From: Squatina squatina
Taxonomy: Eukaryota
Assembly (NCBI GenBank): GCA_031763465.1
Contig: JARFOE010000121.1
Span: forward strand, 1,488,023-1,525,054
DNA: 37,032 nucleotides
Direction: 5' to 3'
Under the pieces are notes generated by a model, which saw only the letters and a list, made by a program, of their open reading frames with translations, was not told the origin of the DNA and did no database searches. This document shows, in pieces, positions 22,818 through 33,040 of this stretch. Both the position numbers and the translations under genes were made by a program. The stretch's first letter is position 1; every line of letters starts with the position of its first letter.

Positions 22818-24165
22818 NNNNNNNNNNNNNNNNNNNNNNNNNNNNNNNNNNNNNNNNNNNNNNNNNNNNNNNNNNNNNNNNNNNNNNNNNNNNNNNNNNN
22901 NNNNNNNNNNNNNNNNNTCTCCCCTCCGCACCGGGTGTCCGTAAATCAGGAGCGTGGGACTGAAGTGCAACCAGAACTTGAGGAGCAGCCCCTTCAAATA
23001 TTGGTACAGGGGCTGCAACCTCACACATTCAACATAAACGTGAAACACGGACTCGTCCAGGCCGCAGAAATGGCAGGCGGCCTAAGTGGAAGCAGTTAAG
23101 CCAATTGAGAGATTCTACAGCTGAAAGAGACTAAGGAAATCAGTGCTAAATATGGACCCATTAGTGCTGAAATTAGCACATTTCTTTAAGCTGTTTGTGA
23201 AACTTTTTCTAAGTGTTGAAAAGCCAGACTTAAGCCTAAAGTCCTAAGAACTTTGTGCCCAACTATTCTTCCGTTAGCGCCAGAAAATTAGGGCAATCGA
23301 ATTTGGTGCCCAAAATCTCCTCAACAATTTTCCAAAAGGATCATGGCCCCGGGTTCCCTCTCTGGGTGTTGTCTGGTGGTAATTTGGAGTGAAACGCATT
23401 GCAGTCCTCCGCCAGGATCCTTACCTCAACATCCCAACATTCCATTTGGTGTTTCATTACTTATCATCAGCACACTACCTGGTGGCGGACTATTGGGTGC
23501 CAGCCTAGACAGAGGAGAAAGTTTGGGCCTTTAAAGGCACCTGCACCATTAAAGGGACAGCCCCATGGGAGAGCCAGAAGGACTTCCAGCTACTGGGGCC
23601 GGATTTTTATCCAGACCCCTTCAGATGAGAAATGTTATGTTTCTTAATTAATGCATGCGTGCCAGAAGCAGCGATTTGCATGTCAGTGGTCTTCATGTTA
23701 AAGCTTACAGTCCCGTGAATGGTTTGGTGCTGCTGTGTCATGGCAGGGATGGCATCTGCTTTAGAGGGAGCTGATAAGTGGGCGGTACTGTGGTGCCAAG
23801 CAGTAGATAGAGGAGCAGGGAAAACAAGAATGAGAATGAAGAATGATGGCACAGGAATAGGCAGAGCAAAATCATTTATTTCAAGCAGAAAGTTTTTTTA
23901 AAATCATAAACCAAACAGAAGCCGCATCCGCTAATTTTAGTTATGTATGATTGTTCAGTTATGTTCAGGCATTCTGAAAATGCCAGTAAGCAAAGATAAC
24001 ATAGTATTCAAATAGACAGCTTTTTGCTCTTGAGAACAAACTACTGAGGTTTTTGGCTAAAGTACCAGTAGAAACAAGTGGTTTCCATGTTCACAAGTTA
24101 AGTTTGATAATTAAACCAAGTCGAGATTTACTTATGAATGAATTTCTTGTTCATTTTCTTTCTAG

Positions 24166-24337
24166 TGCAATGAAAGTTGGGAGGAAAACTGCTTCAACAT
24201 CACTTGTTTGGGAGGAAACATTTATGAGCTAGAACGCATCATTTGTCCAAAACTGATTAAACCGACATGCAGTCAAGGCATAGAGCCTGTGAAAGTCCAA
24301 ACTGAAAATGGCTGTTGTGAGCAATGGGAATGTGATT
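24166..24337 (+). CDS. Mucin Cys-rich exon preceding VWD4, module 2
   Basis: ttctag| ... |gttagt, 172 nt; CNESWEENCFNITCLGGNIYELERIICPKLIKPTCSQGIEPVKVQTENGCCEQWECD. Confidence 0.88.
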
Positions 24338-24444
24338 GTTAGTATCATTTCTCTGTTCAACAATTTAAGTTTAACAGTCATTTGTAAATTTGTAGCATTC
24401 ATGTTTTTCTACCATATTGAAATTCTATCTTTGTCCAACTTTAG

Positions 24445-24515
24445 GTGAATGTGAAGTATGGGGAGAGCCACACTATCGCACATTTAATGGTCTACAATAC
24501 GACTTCTTTGGGAAT
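24445..24515 (+). CDS. Mucin VWD4 first exon with GEPH, module 2 (cut by gap)
   Basis: ctttag|; CECEVWGEPHYRTFNGLQYDFFGN, in phase with the preceding exon. Confidence 0.88.
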
Positions 24516-24615
24516 NNNNNNNNNNNNNNNNNNNNNNNNNNNNNNNNNNNNNNNNNNNNNNNNNNNNNNNNNNNNNNNNNNNNNNNNNNNNNNNNNNNNN
24601 NNNNNNNNNNNNNNN

Positions 24616-24960
24616 AACCGATGTCTGGTGGCCGATCGCTGCACATTGCCGCTGGCCCCATTTTTCCCTGCCGGGACCCGGGTCCCTGGTGGTCCAAATG
24701 CGCTGCACTGCTTTCCATTAGAGAAGCCTGAGGCCCTTCCCCTTTAAGGCAGGGGGCGGGGCCGTGGCTGGCGCATGTGCAATGACCTCAACGGCGTGGC
24801 ACCTGACAGTGACGCGACATTGGTCGGGTCAGCGCCGTGGCCACGCTTGTCTAGCATTGTCACGTTGTGCTGACCCGGAATGGTGATGAAGCTGCCGCTG
24901 CCCTGTGGCGAGGGGGCCCCGAATGCAGCGCCTGATTTGGGCACTGACCAATTAGGCCCC
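24616..24960. mobile_element. GC-rich Harbinger-type MITE, inverted relative to 816-1577
   Basis: Shares GGCCCTTCCCCTTTAAGG (inverse of the motif near 1100-1115); ends CCAATTAGGCCCC. Confidence 0.55.
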
Positions 24961-25312
24961 AGAGACCTAATTTATACAACAACCAGACCATCTCCTTCAG
25001 TTATTTACTTTGGATATTCACATTTCTAATGCATTGACTTCAACAGAACCACTTGTGCTGGTTGGTTTAAATTTCCTATTGGAAAAAGTTCGCACTTGCC
25101 TATATAGTGTGGAAGGAATAGCAAAATCCTGTCTTGTGGCTTTAATAATCAAAAGACTCTGAAGTATGTTTGATCCTAACGGAGTGAGGGGCAATGAGAT
25201 TTCACCAAAGAAATAGTTAACACTTGGATCACTTCAGACGACATTAATTTTCAAAATATTTTGTATTTTTGTACTTTACGTTCACAAGTTTAAATGTTTC
25301 ATTTTAAAATAG

Positions 25313-25381
25313 GCTTGGATGGCTCTGTGCATTCACTTGTCCCCAGGTCTTTGGAGGATTCAACATTACATGGCAGTATTG
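25313..25381 (+). CDS. Short N-terminal mucin exon (copy B)
   Basis: aaaatag| ... |gttagt, 69 nt, phase 1-1, open: (G)LDGSVHSLVPRSLEDSTLHGSI(G); joins in phase to the VWD1 exon. Confidence 0.65.
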
Positions 25382-25495
25382 GTTAGTGGCTATTATTTTT
25401 CTGCTTAAAATATCTGTGTTACTGACTAAACCTCAACAAAGTAGAAATCGTTGCCCCAATAGTATCAGAGATTCTTATTTCTCCTTTGCTTTCAG

Positions 25496-25724
25496 GAAGC
25501 TGTTACACATGGGGGAGAGGAGCATTCAGGACATTCCAAGATGATTTTTTCTATTTCACGTCAAAGTGCAACTTCATACTGAGCCGCCAGTGCAAGGGTC
25601 CCGCAGAGGATTTTAACATACAGATCCGCAGAGGGTCAAATGGCAATCTGGAACACGTCTACATCCAGATAGAAGGCGTCAAAATTCTTCTGGTGAATAG
25701 GACAATTGCAGTTCAAGATGTGAT
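25496..25724 (+). CDS. MUC19: MUC19-like mucin copy B, VWD1 first exon
   Basis: ctttcag| ... |gtaagc; SCYTWGRGAFRTFQDDFFYFTSKCNFILSRQCKGPAEDFNIQIRRGSNGNLEHVYIQIEGVKILLVNRTIAVQDV (TWGxGA...DFNIxIRR as in MUC19 VWD1). Confidence 0.9.
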
Positions 25725-25859
25725 GTAAGCATCCGTGTGTTACCTTTTAACTGTCTTCACTAATTACAAACTGTTATCTGTACGAGGAATTCACTGTTTG
25801 ATCTCAGCACCTAATATTTCAGAACAACTAGCATTTGCATTCAATATTAAAATAACAAT

Positions 25860-26166
25860 GGGGCGTAATTTGTGGCCCCACGGGTGTGGACGAGCTATGC
25901 ACGTGCCCATTGGGACCCCGCAAGTTCCTGGTTTAAGCATGCACCGCGCAGGCGTCCAAATCCAGAACTGTCGATCTGTCAAGAATCCTCTTGACAGGTC
26001 GTACAAATCTGAAAGAAATGGATCTCCGTGGGTGGAGAGTTGAGCTATGTGCCCAACTTCTGCCCAGCGAATGACCTTGAAATTCTGATGTCTGGTACAA
26101 GCAGGCGTAACCCTGTCCAATAAGGTAAGTTTATTTTTTGTCCTGTTAAAATATATTTTAAAAAAT
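25860..26166. mobile_element. Left part of a Harbinger-type MITE
   Basis: Begins GGGGCGTAATTT, CpG-rich, runs into gap. Confidence 0.4.
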
Positions 26167-26769
26167 NNNNNNNNNNNNNNNNNNNNNNNNNNNNNNNNNN
26201 NNNNNNNNNNNNNNNNNNNNNNNNNNNNNNNNNNNNNNNNNNNNNNNNNNNNNNNNNNNNNNNNNNCGGTGGAATTGCAATGGGGCTACATGCTAACATG
26301 GATGGTGATCTTAAGGGAGAGAATGCAGTTACAGTTATGGGTTTGGAGCCAACATTGCATGAGAAGTGCTTCAACATTATAAGTGCAATCGCAGCACCAC
26401 CTACAGGCCCAACAGGTACCGCAGGTAAATGCTGACATTTCTAAAATCAGTCTATCCGAGGACAAGGACTTGCGTAGGAATTTTCCATATATTCTGAGAT
26501 GGAATGTTGCAACTATAAGATACAGTTAACTATTTTGACTAAATTTAAAATGTGCAATTGTTCCTATGCTAATGATTGTTGTTCTATACTTCATTTTATA
26601 AATTTGGAGATAAGACCAAGTGAAGGTTATTAAGGTATAGGTTTATATCAATTTGACTGAGCTACTGGAATTCAGGTTCGTTCAGATTTGGATTTCAAAG
26701 AGGTGCTAACTCCCACATGCCTATTTGACAGAGTTTAGATTCTTGTATTTTGTAACTTCTTATCCACAG

Positions 26770-26862
26770 ACAACAGCATGGACTGTAAAGATTGAGGTGC
26801 GGCCATGTCAAATTGCATTGAAACAAACATGTTTACAGCGTGTGGTGTTCACCAACAATCAG
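26770..26862 (+). CDS. MUC19: Mucin copy B, VWD2 exon
   Basis: ccacag| ... |gtgaga, 93 nt; TTAWTVKIEVRPCQIALKQTCLQRVVFTNNQ. Confidence 0.8.
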
Positions 26863-26951
26863 GTGAGAATTTGTAACACTCTTTATTCATACCCTTTTGT
26901 TTCAGCCAGAAACAATGCAAAGAAATATTCTTTTTTTCATCTCTTGTACAG

Positions 26952-27024
26952 ACCTGGTATGCATTCACTAATGATGGTAACGTTTATTCTGAAGGAGATA
27001 AAGTTGGACTTCCCCTCGGAAGAG
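26952..27024 (+). CDS. MUC19: Mucin copy B, VWD2 exon
   Basis: gtacag| ... |gtaaaa, 73 nt; TWYAFTNDGNVYSEGDKVGLPLGR(G). Confidence 0.8.
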
Positions 27025-27099
27025 GTAAAATAAATAATCTCATTCTCCTTACTCAATAAATAAATAACAATGAAGTTAACCTGTTTTTTTTCTTTTTAG

Positions 27100-27197
27100 G
27101 TGATGTAATAATATTCCGACAGTCTTCAATGTTCCTTCAAGTAGCAACTGAATCTGGTCTGAAAATGCAAGTACAGATAATAGAGATTCCACCATAG
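27100..27197 (+). CDS. MUC19: Mucin copy B, VWD2 exon, apparently truncated
   Basis: Strong acceptor ttttttctttttag|; DVIIFRQSSMFLQVATESGLKMQVQI is VWD2-like, then similarity stops (IEIPP*, TAG 27195-27197). Confidence 0.7.
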
Positions 27198-27439
27198 CAA
27201 TAAGGGCAGGGACAAAACCAACCTGCTGTAAGTTTTAATGAATATAACTAAATGATGTCAATACTAGGTTGTGAGGAAATGAACTTCTCTACTTTTTCCA
27301 TTATATCACAAAGCTATTTACTGATTCAGATACTTTACTGATTAGCAGAATGTGACAAGTGATGTTTCCCAGGGATTTGTGGCCTCAATTTTTCACCATT
27401 AATTTAATGACTTGGGTGAAGGAATAGAGAGTTGTATAT

Positions 27440-27496
27440 CAAAAGCGAAATACTGCGGATGCTGGAATCTAGAATACAAACAAAAATTGCTGGAAA
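27440..27496 (-). mobile_element. Penelope-like element tail
   Basis: CAAAAGCGAAATACTGCGGATGCTGGAATCT...TGCTGGAAA is the reverse complement of the tail that normally continues the sequence at 33039-33115. Confidence 0.65.
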
Positions 27497-27597
27497 NNNN
27501 NNNNNNNNNNNNNNNNNNNNNNNNNNNNNNNNNNNNNNNNNNNNNNNNNNNNNNNNNNNNNNNNNNNNNNNNNNNNNNNNNNNNNNNNNNNNNNNNG

Positions 27598-27844
27598 GTA
27601 AATCGTGCAGTAGCTCTCAAGTCTTTGAGAATGACATGAGAGCCTGTAACCGTACCTGTAGATCACTGTCAGAGTATGATTACACCTGTGGAGTTAAGGA
27701 TGTTCCCGTTTTTGGATGTGGCTGTCCTGAGGGAAAGTATATGGACAACACTGGAGTCTGTGTGGACAGATCAGACTGCTCGTGTTATACTGAAGGGCGG
27801 CTTATAGGAAAAGGGCAGAGTATTCACATGAATGGCAGAACCTG
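27598..27844 (+). CDS. MUC19: Mucin copy B, TIL2/E2 exon
   Basis: KSCSSSQVFENDMRACNRTCRSLSEYDYTCGVKDVPVFGCGCPEGKYMDNTGVCVDRSDCSCYTEGRLIGKGQSIHMNGRT|gtaagt; acceptor at gap edge. Confidence 0.92.
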
Positions 27845-27935
27845 GTAAGTATTTTCTAATAATTTTACAAAAATGAAAAATAACTATTAAATACATGCAA
27901 AATATATTTTTACTATTNNNNNNNNNNTCACTCAG

Positions 27936-27994
27936 CATTTGCCAAGATGGAAAATTTTCTTGTTCCGGAATAACAGTAAAACCCTGGCCTCCAG
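27936..27994 (+). CDS. MUC19: Mucin copy B, E2 end exon
   Basis: actcag| ... |gtaact, 59 nt; (C)ICQDGKFSCSGITVKPWPP; phases fit both neighbours. Confidence 0.85.
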
Positions 27995-28103
27995 GTAACT
28001 AATGCTACAGCTTCTCCCCATACCATCAGTGCATGAATTGAGCTTCATACTAAATTAATGAACAGTCATTTTCCAAGTTCTTTTTTAATATTGTATTCTT
28101 CAG

Positions 28104-28204
28104 AGTGCCGTAATGGGAAAGTATTCGTTAACTGTGCAAATGAAGCTGTTTCTTCTTCCGAATACTTGTGTACGAAGACGTGTCGAACTCTAAACACACC
28201 ATGT
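28104..28204 (+). CDS. MUC19: Mucin copy B, TIL' first exon
   Basis: cttcag| ... |gtgagt, 101 nt; CRNGKVFVNCANEAVSSSEYLCTKTCRTLNTPC. Confidence 0.9.
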
Positions 28205-28516
28205 GTGAGTGACTTTCACGGTTCCGTCAATTTACAGGACGCACTTGTGTGTCAATTTACAGAATAACAAATTGAACAATGACACAAAATTAGTTTCATA
28301 TTAATAAATACCAATGCCTAAATCACTAATGTTAAAAAATTTGTCCTGAAGTCCCGTGAATTCTAGATTCACCAGGGAGGTATGTGATTAAAATCTACAT
28401 GAGCCAAACATGGTATGCGGCAAAGATTTAAGCAGATATTAAAAATCATATTAGCTAACACCTCAGTGAATACTCTTTGAAGCAAACAGTGACATTTTAA
28501 TCTTTTATAAAAGCAG

Positions 28517-28662
28517 AGTGCATGTGTCTCTGACTGCGTCTGTCCCCATGGTCTTGTGGAAGATAACAATGGAAACTGCATTGCTCGTGAAAACTGCCCT
28601 TGTTTATTTGGTGGTGACGTTTATACTGAAGGAAGAATAATCCAAAAGGATTGCAATAAATG
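28517..28662 (+). CDS. MUC19: Mucin copy B, TIL'/E' exon
   Basis: aagcag| ... |gtaaga; SACVSDCVCPHGLVEDNNGNCIARENCPCLFGGDVYTEGRIIQKDCNKC; paralogous to 15508-15656. Confidence 0.92.
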
Positions 28663-28769
28663 GTAAGATTAAACGAACGTCAACAGAAGTACAATCATAT
28701 ATTGAAAACCATGTCACTTTCTACGTGGTGCTAAACCATATCATTGTACTGTGCTCTTTCATATTGTAG

Positions 28770-28908
28770 CACATGTCAGGGAGGATTGTGGATCTGCACT
28801 AACAAGACATGCCCGAAGACTTGTGAAGTGTATGGTGATGGCCATTACGTAACCTTTGATGGGAAACGATATGTCTATGATGGAAACTGTGAATATATTT
28901 TTGTTGAG
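28770..28908 (+). CDS. MUC19: Mucin copy B, start of VWD3
   Basis: ttgtag| ... |gtgtgt, 139 nt; TCQGGLWICTNKTCPKTCEVYGDGHYVTFDGKRYVYDGNCEYIFVE; paralogous to 15750-15888. Confidence 0.92.
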
Positions 28909-29785
28909 GTGTGTATAGGTACAAAATGTTATTTTCATACTTAACTGTAGTCATGATTTTAGACGCATCACTGCAATTACCATCAAAATCAGTCCAGTTA
29001 CTCAAACGCTACTCATGCACTAATAGTTTGCACTGAAATACAAAAATGCTTTCCTCAGGCATTAAAGAGCAGAAAATAATCCCGGTGATTTGTGGCCTGT
29101 TTGTATGAGGCCACAGTGAACTTGAAGTGTGCGCTCCACTCATTTATATNNNNNNNNNNNNNNNNNNNNNNNNNNNNNNNNNNNNNNNNNNNNNNNNNNN
29201 NNNNNNNNNNNNNNNNNNNNNNNNNNNNNNNNNNNNNNNNNNNNNNNNNNNNNNNNNNNNNNNNNNNNNNNNNNNNNNNNNNNNNNNNNNNNNNNNNNNN
29301 NNNNNNNNNNNNNNNNNNNNNNNNNNNNNNNNNNNNNNNNNNNNNNNNNNNNNNNNNNNNNNNNNNNNNNNNNNNNNNNNNNNNNNNNNNNNNNNNNNNN
29401 NNNNNNNNNNNNNNNNNNNNNNNNNNNNNNNNNNNNNNNNNNNNNNNNNNNNNNNNNNNNNNNNNNNNNNNNNNNNNNNNNNNNNNNNNNNNNNNNNNNN
29501 NNNNNNNNNNNNNNNNNNNNNNNNNNNNNNNNNNNNNNNNNNNNNNNNNNNNNNNNNNNNNNNNNNNNNNNNNNNNNNNNNNNNNNNNNNNNNNNNNNNN
29601 NNNNNNNNNNNNNNNNNNNNNNNNNNNNNNNNNNNNNNNNNNNNNNNNNNNNNNNNNNNNNNNNNNNNNNNNNNNNNNNNNNNNNNNNNNNNNNNNNNNN
29701 NNNNNNNNNNNNNNNNNNNNNNNNNNNNNNNNNNNNNNNNNNNNNNNNNNNNNNNNNNNNNNNNNNNNNNNNNNNNNNNNNNNNN

Positions 29786-29941
29786 ACAGTTGAGAAGTCT
29801 ACAAATCAAACCCAGTGCACAGATAATTCCTATTCACTCCACACTGTTGGGCTCTATTTAATCCTTACATTTTCCAATGGGATCACTGTGATATGGGACA
29901 AAAGCACAAGACTTTCAATCACACTGGATTCAAGCTGGAAA
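29786..29941 (+). CDS. MUC19: Mucin copy B, VWD3 exon (5' part in gap)
   Basis: [52 protein letters not shown]|gtaagt; paralogous to 17485-17673. Confidence 0.92.
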
Positions 29942-30514
29942 GTAAGTATGGTTTGAAAATCAAAGTCTTTATATTTGTCCTTATTGATCATGGCAGAAAA
30001 CACATTGAGGCTACGAATGAGTCATTTAATCAACAAAGGACTTCTTCACAAGCCTACTTTTTAACCAATGATTAGAACTATACTGCGGAAGAGTCTGATA
30101 AAGACTATCATGGAGCACTGTATAAGCTGATAAATGCATGTTTCTGTTTGCAAAATGGTCAGAGAAACAGAAAATTCAAATTATTCTGTATTTGGACGTG
30201 GGTCAGCCAAACTGCTCTCACCCTCAAAATTGTCAGATGACCATATTTCACTCAGGAAGTTTAATGCATTTACAGTGGTTATTTATTTCTAATGATTATC
30301 TATTTCCAACCATAAACTTGTAAAGCCGTTATGGGTACTCAAAATTATTGCCAAAGTAACAACTGTATATGCTGGCTGTTTCTAAATCTTAAAATAAATT
30401 TGTCTGTGAATGGTGGATTTGTAATAACAGAGCTCTGAGGAAAATGCATATCTTTTCCATACAAATATGATAATGCTCCAGCTTTATTTTCATAATTTTA
30501 TGTTTTTATTACAG

Positions 30515-30749
30515 AACAAAGTATGTGGTCTGTGTGGAAATTTCAATGATGATGTTTCAGATGATCTAACAACTAAAGGGAACTCCTTGGTGACCAGTAC
30601 AGTGGAATTTGGAAACAGCTGGAAGTCTATGACCTGCTCGGATACAGTCAATCAGACATCACCATGTGATAGAAACCCTTATTGTTTAGCATGGGCACAG
30701 AGGAAGTGTGGCATAATTAAACATGACGTGTTTCAATTATGCCATAGAA
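30515..30749 (+). CDS. MUC19: Mucin copy B, VWD3 end/C8-3 exon (cut by gap)
   Basis: ttacag|; NKVCGLCGNFNDDVSDDLTTKGNSLVTSTVEFGNSWKSMTCSDTVNQTSPCDRNPYCLAWAQRKCGIIKHDVFQLCHR; CGLCG motif. Confidence 0.93.
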
Positions 30750-31267
30750 NNNNNNNNNNNNNNNNNNNNNNNNNNNNNNNNNNNNNNNNNNNNNNNNNNN
30801 NNNNNNNNNNNNNNNNNNNNNNNNNNNNNNNNNNNNNNNNNNNNNNNNNNNNNNNNNNNNNNNNNNNNNNNNNNNNNNNNNNNNNNNNNNNNNNNNNNNN
30901 NNNNNNNNNNNNNNNNNNNNNNNNNNNNNNNNNNNNNNNNNNNNNNNNNNNNNNNNNNNNNNNNNNNNNNNNNNNNNNNNNNNNNNNNNNNNNNNNNNNN
31001 NNNNNNNNNNNNNNNNNNNNNNNNNNNNNNNNNNNNNNNNNNNNNNNNNNNNNNNNNNNNNNNNNNNNNNNNNNNNNNNNNNNNNNNNNNNNNNNNNNNN
31101 NNNNNNNNNNNNNNNNNNNCTTAGTCTAGTGCTGGAGAAGCTTGCTATTTATCAATACACAGTTGTTTCAAGTTGCTGAGTTGTCTCAAGTCATTTCCAA
31201 CTCCAACACAAGTAACCCACGCAATATAACAGATCACAAAGACATAAAAATAAAAGACCTCATGATT

Positions 31268-31363
31268 TCATAGAATCATAGAAATCTACAGCACAGAAGG
31301 AGGTTGTTCAGCTGATCGTGACTGTGCTGGCCGACAAAGAGCTATCCAGCCTAATCCCACTTT
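31268..31363 (-). mobile_element. CR1 LINE 3' tail
   Basis: TCATAGAATCATAGAAATCTACAGCACAGAAGGAGG...AGAGCTATCCAGCCTAATCCCACTTT. Confidence 0.7.
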
Positions 31364-31512
31364 GTTCACAAGAAGGGTGATACTCATAAATTGAGTCTTT
31401 CACTTGTAAAATAAACATAGTAGTCAATATTCTGGCTGTTTAATTGAAGTCTTGTAAAACCTCTTCCAAAGTGTTAATTTGTTTCCACATTGTGTTGTGC
31501 CACCTTTATCAG

Positions 31513-31669
31513 GTTGACCCAGAACCATACTATGATGCTTGTATCCTTGAAGCTTGTGCCTGTGATAAGGAGGGAAAATATCTGGGTTTCTGTACCGCTG
31601 TAGCAGTGTATGCTGAAGCTTGTAATAAAGCTGGTGTTTGTATTCGCTGGAGAACCCCTAAACGATGTC
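31513..31669 (+). CDS. MUC19: Mucin copy B, C8-3 exon (donor site mutated)
   Basis: tatcag|; [52 protein letters not shown]; [17 protein letters not shown] is characteristic of MUC19; followed by ATAAGT instead of GTAAGT. Confidence 0.92.
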
Positions 31670-32166
31670 ATAAGTTTAAATTATTGTTTTCATTAGAAAT
31701 ATTAATTGAAACTTCTTAGTAAATGCAGGAGAGTTTGTTGGTTTATCTCAAAGTTGCAGGATTTATTGAAGATTAGTGTTTATGGATGAAAATAATAGCA
31801 AAGTGGCAACTTTCTGATATTGAATTTTACATTACAGCCTTAATGACTTTAAAAAAAAATCCCTCTTTAAATTACAATCTTTGCCATTTTCTCACTTCTA
31901 TACTACCTTGCTTGTGCCTGCAATGCTGAATGGTCTGAATCACAGATGTTTAGGTAGTAGCTTTCAATGATTCGTTGCATTAGCTGGTATACAGACATTG
32001 TAAGGTCGATCTGTCTGCCCTGAGGAACTGCACCATGAGAGAATCCATCTGGCAACTGTAGCAAGGTTTTGGAGTAGTGATAATCATTTCCAATCTATTT
32101 CAACAATATTTGGACTTTTATGTGTCCTGACGATTACATATTAACTATTTATGTTTTGCATTGCAG

Positions 32167-32292
32167 CTGTATATTGTGACTATTATAACAGCCCCGGTGA
32201 ATGCAGTTGGCACTATCAACCATGTGGAACTTTGACAGCAAAAACATGCAGTGACCATACAATTCGGAAAAAGCTCTCTGCAGTTCTTGAAG
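32167..32292 (+). CDS. MUC19: Mucin copy B, TIL3 exon
   Basis: ttgcag| ... |gtagta, 126 nt; [41 protein letters not shown]. Confidence 0.92.
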
Positions 32293-32549
32293 GTAGTATT
32301 ATTTCATAATTCTATTGTAGTTCAGGTATGCCAGAAGGCAGTTCTCTATTCATTTCTTCATGTATATTTTAATATTAAGCAGCTTCAGTTTTTTGTTATG
32401 CTGTATCACTAGGTCAGATCAGCAGTGGGAGGACATGGGAGTACAGCATTGATCTTAATCTCCCTGGGCTAGTGAGTAGAAAAAACATCCATAGTTTCCA
32501 CTCCTCATCATTACCTGCTGGCTTTTTCTTAGTTCTTGGAATGGGTGGC

Positions 32550-33040
32550 ACTGGATTTTCCTTAAGCGGTTTCTAACCATTTTTACTGAGCCTTTTAGAG
32601 TGGCTAGATCAAGGGTACTGACAAAGGAGGCACCATTGTTAAAGGTGATTGCAAGATCATTCATTTAGGCTCCGGCGCCTTCTGGCGTGTCACATTTCAT
32701 TATCACCCTTCCCGGTTCCCTTGATAGTCTCGGTCGTAATTGTTTCCGAGATAACATTCACCCCAGGATAATTTCGAATTTTGCTGTGATATGAGGTCTC
32801 TAAATCCTCCTCTTCCAGTGTGTCACTTGTACTTTCCCAAAATTCCCCTATTAATTTATGCATTAATCGCCCATACAATTGTATGGTTTAAGATTTGCAC
32901 CACTCCGGTATCCCTAACCCTGCTAAATTCAATATTACAGGCACCACCTCGTGATGCACATCATGGTACAATACCAGCCAAGTTGGGACTATCACTAGTC
33001 TATTTGTTGGTCCTGGGGTGTGTTTAGGGCAAGCAACTGG
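32550..33040 (-). pseudogene. Decayed viral envelope/class I fusion protein-like fragment
   Basis: One minus frame reads PGPTNRLVIVPTWLVLYHDVHHEVVPVILNLAGLGIPEWCKS*TIQLYGRLMHKLIGEFW...EM*HARRRRSLN; removing a 4-nt AATG duplication continues DLAITFNNGASFVSTLDLATLKGSVKMVRNRLRKIQ (furin site, fusion-peptide-like segment, heptad-like helix). Confidence 0.55.

Noticed and set aside
29092-31129. Long ORFs of 130-275 aa in the ORF track (also others spanning N runs)
   Set aside because: They are open only because N runs translate as X; only the exon portions listed are supported
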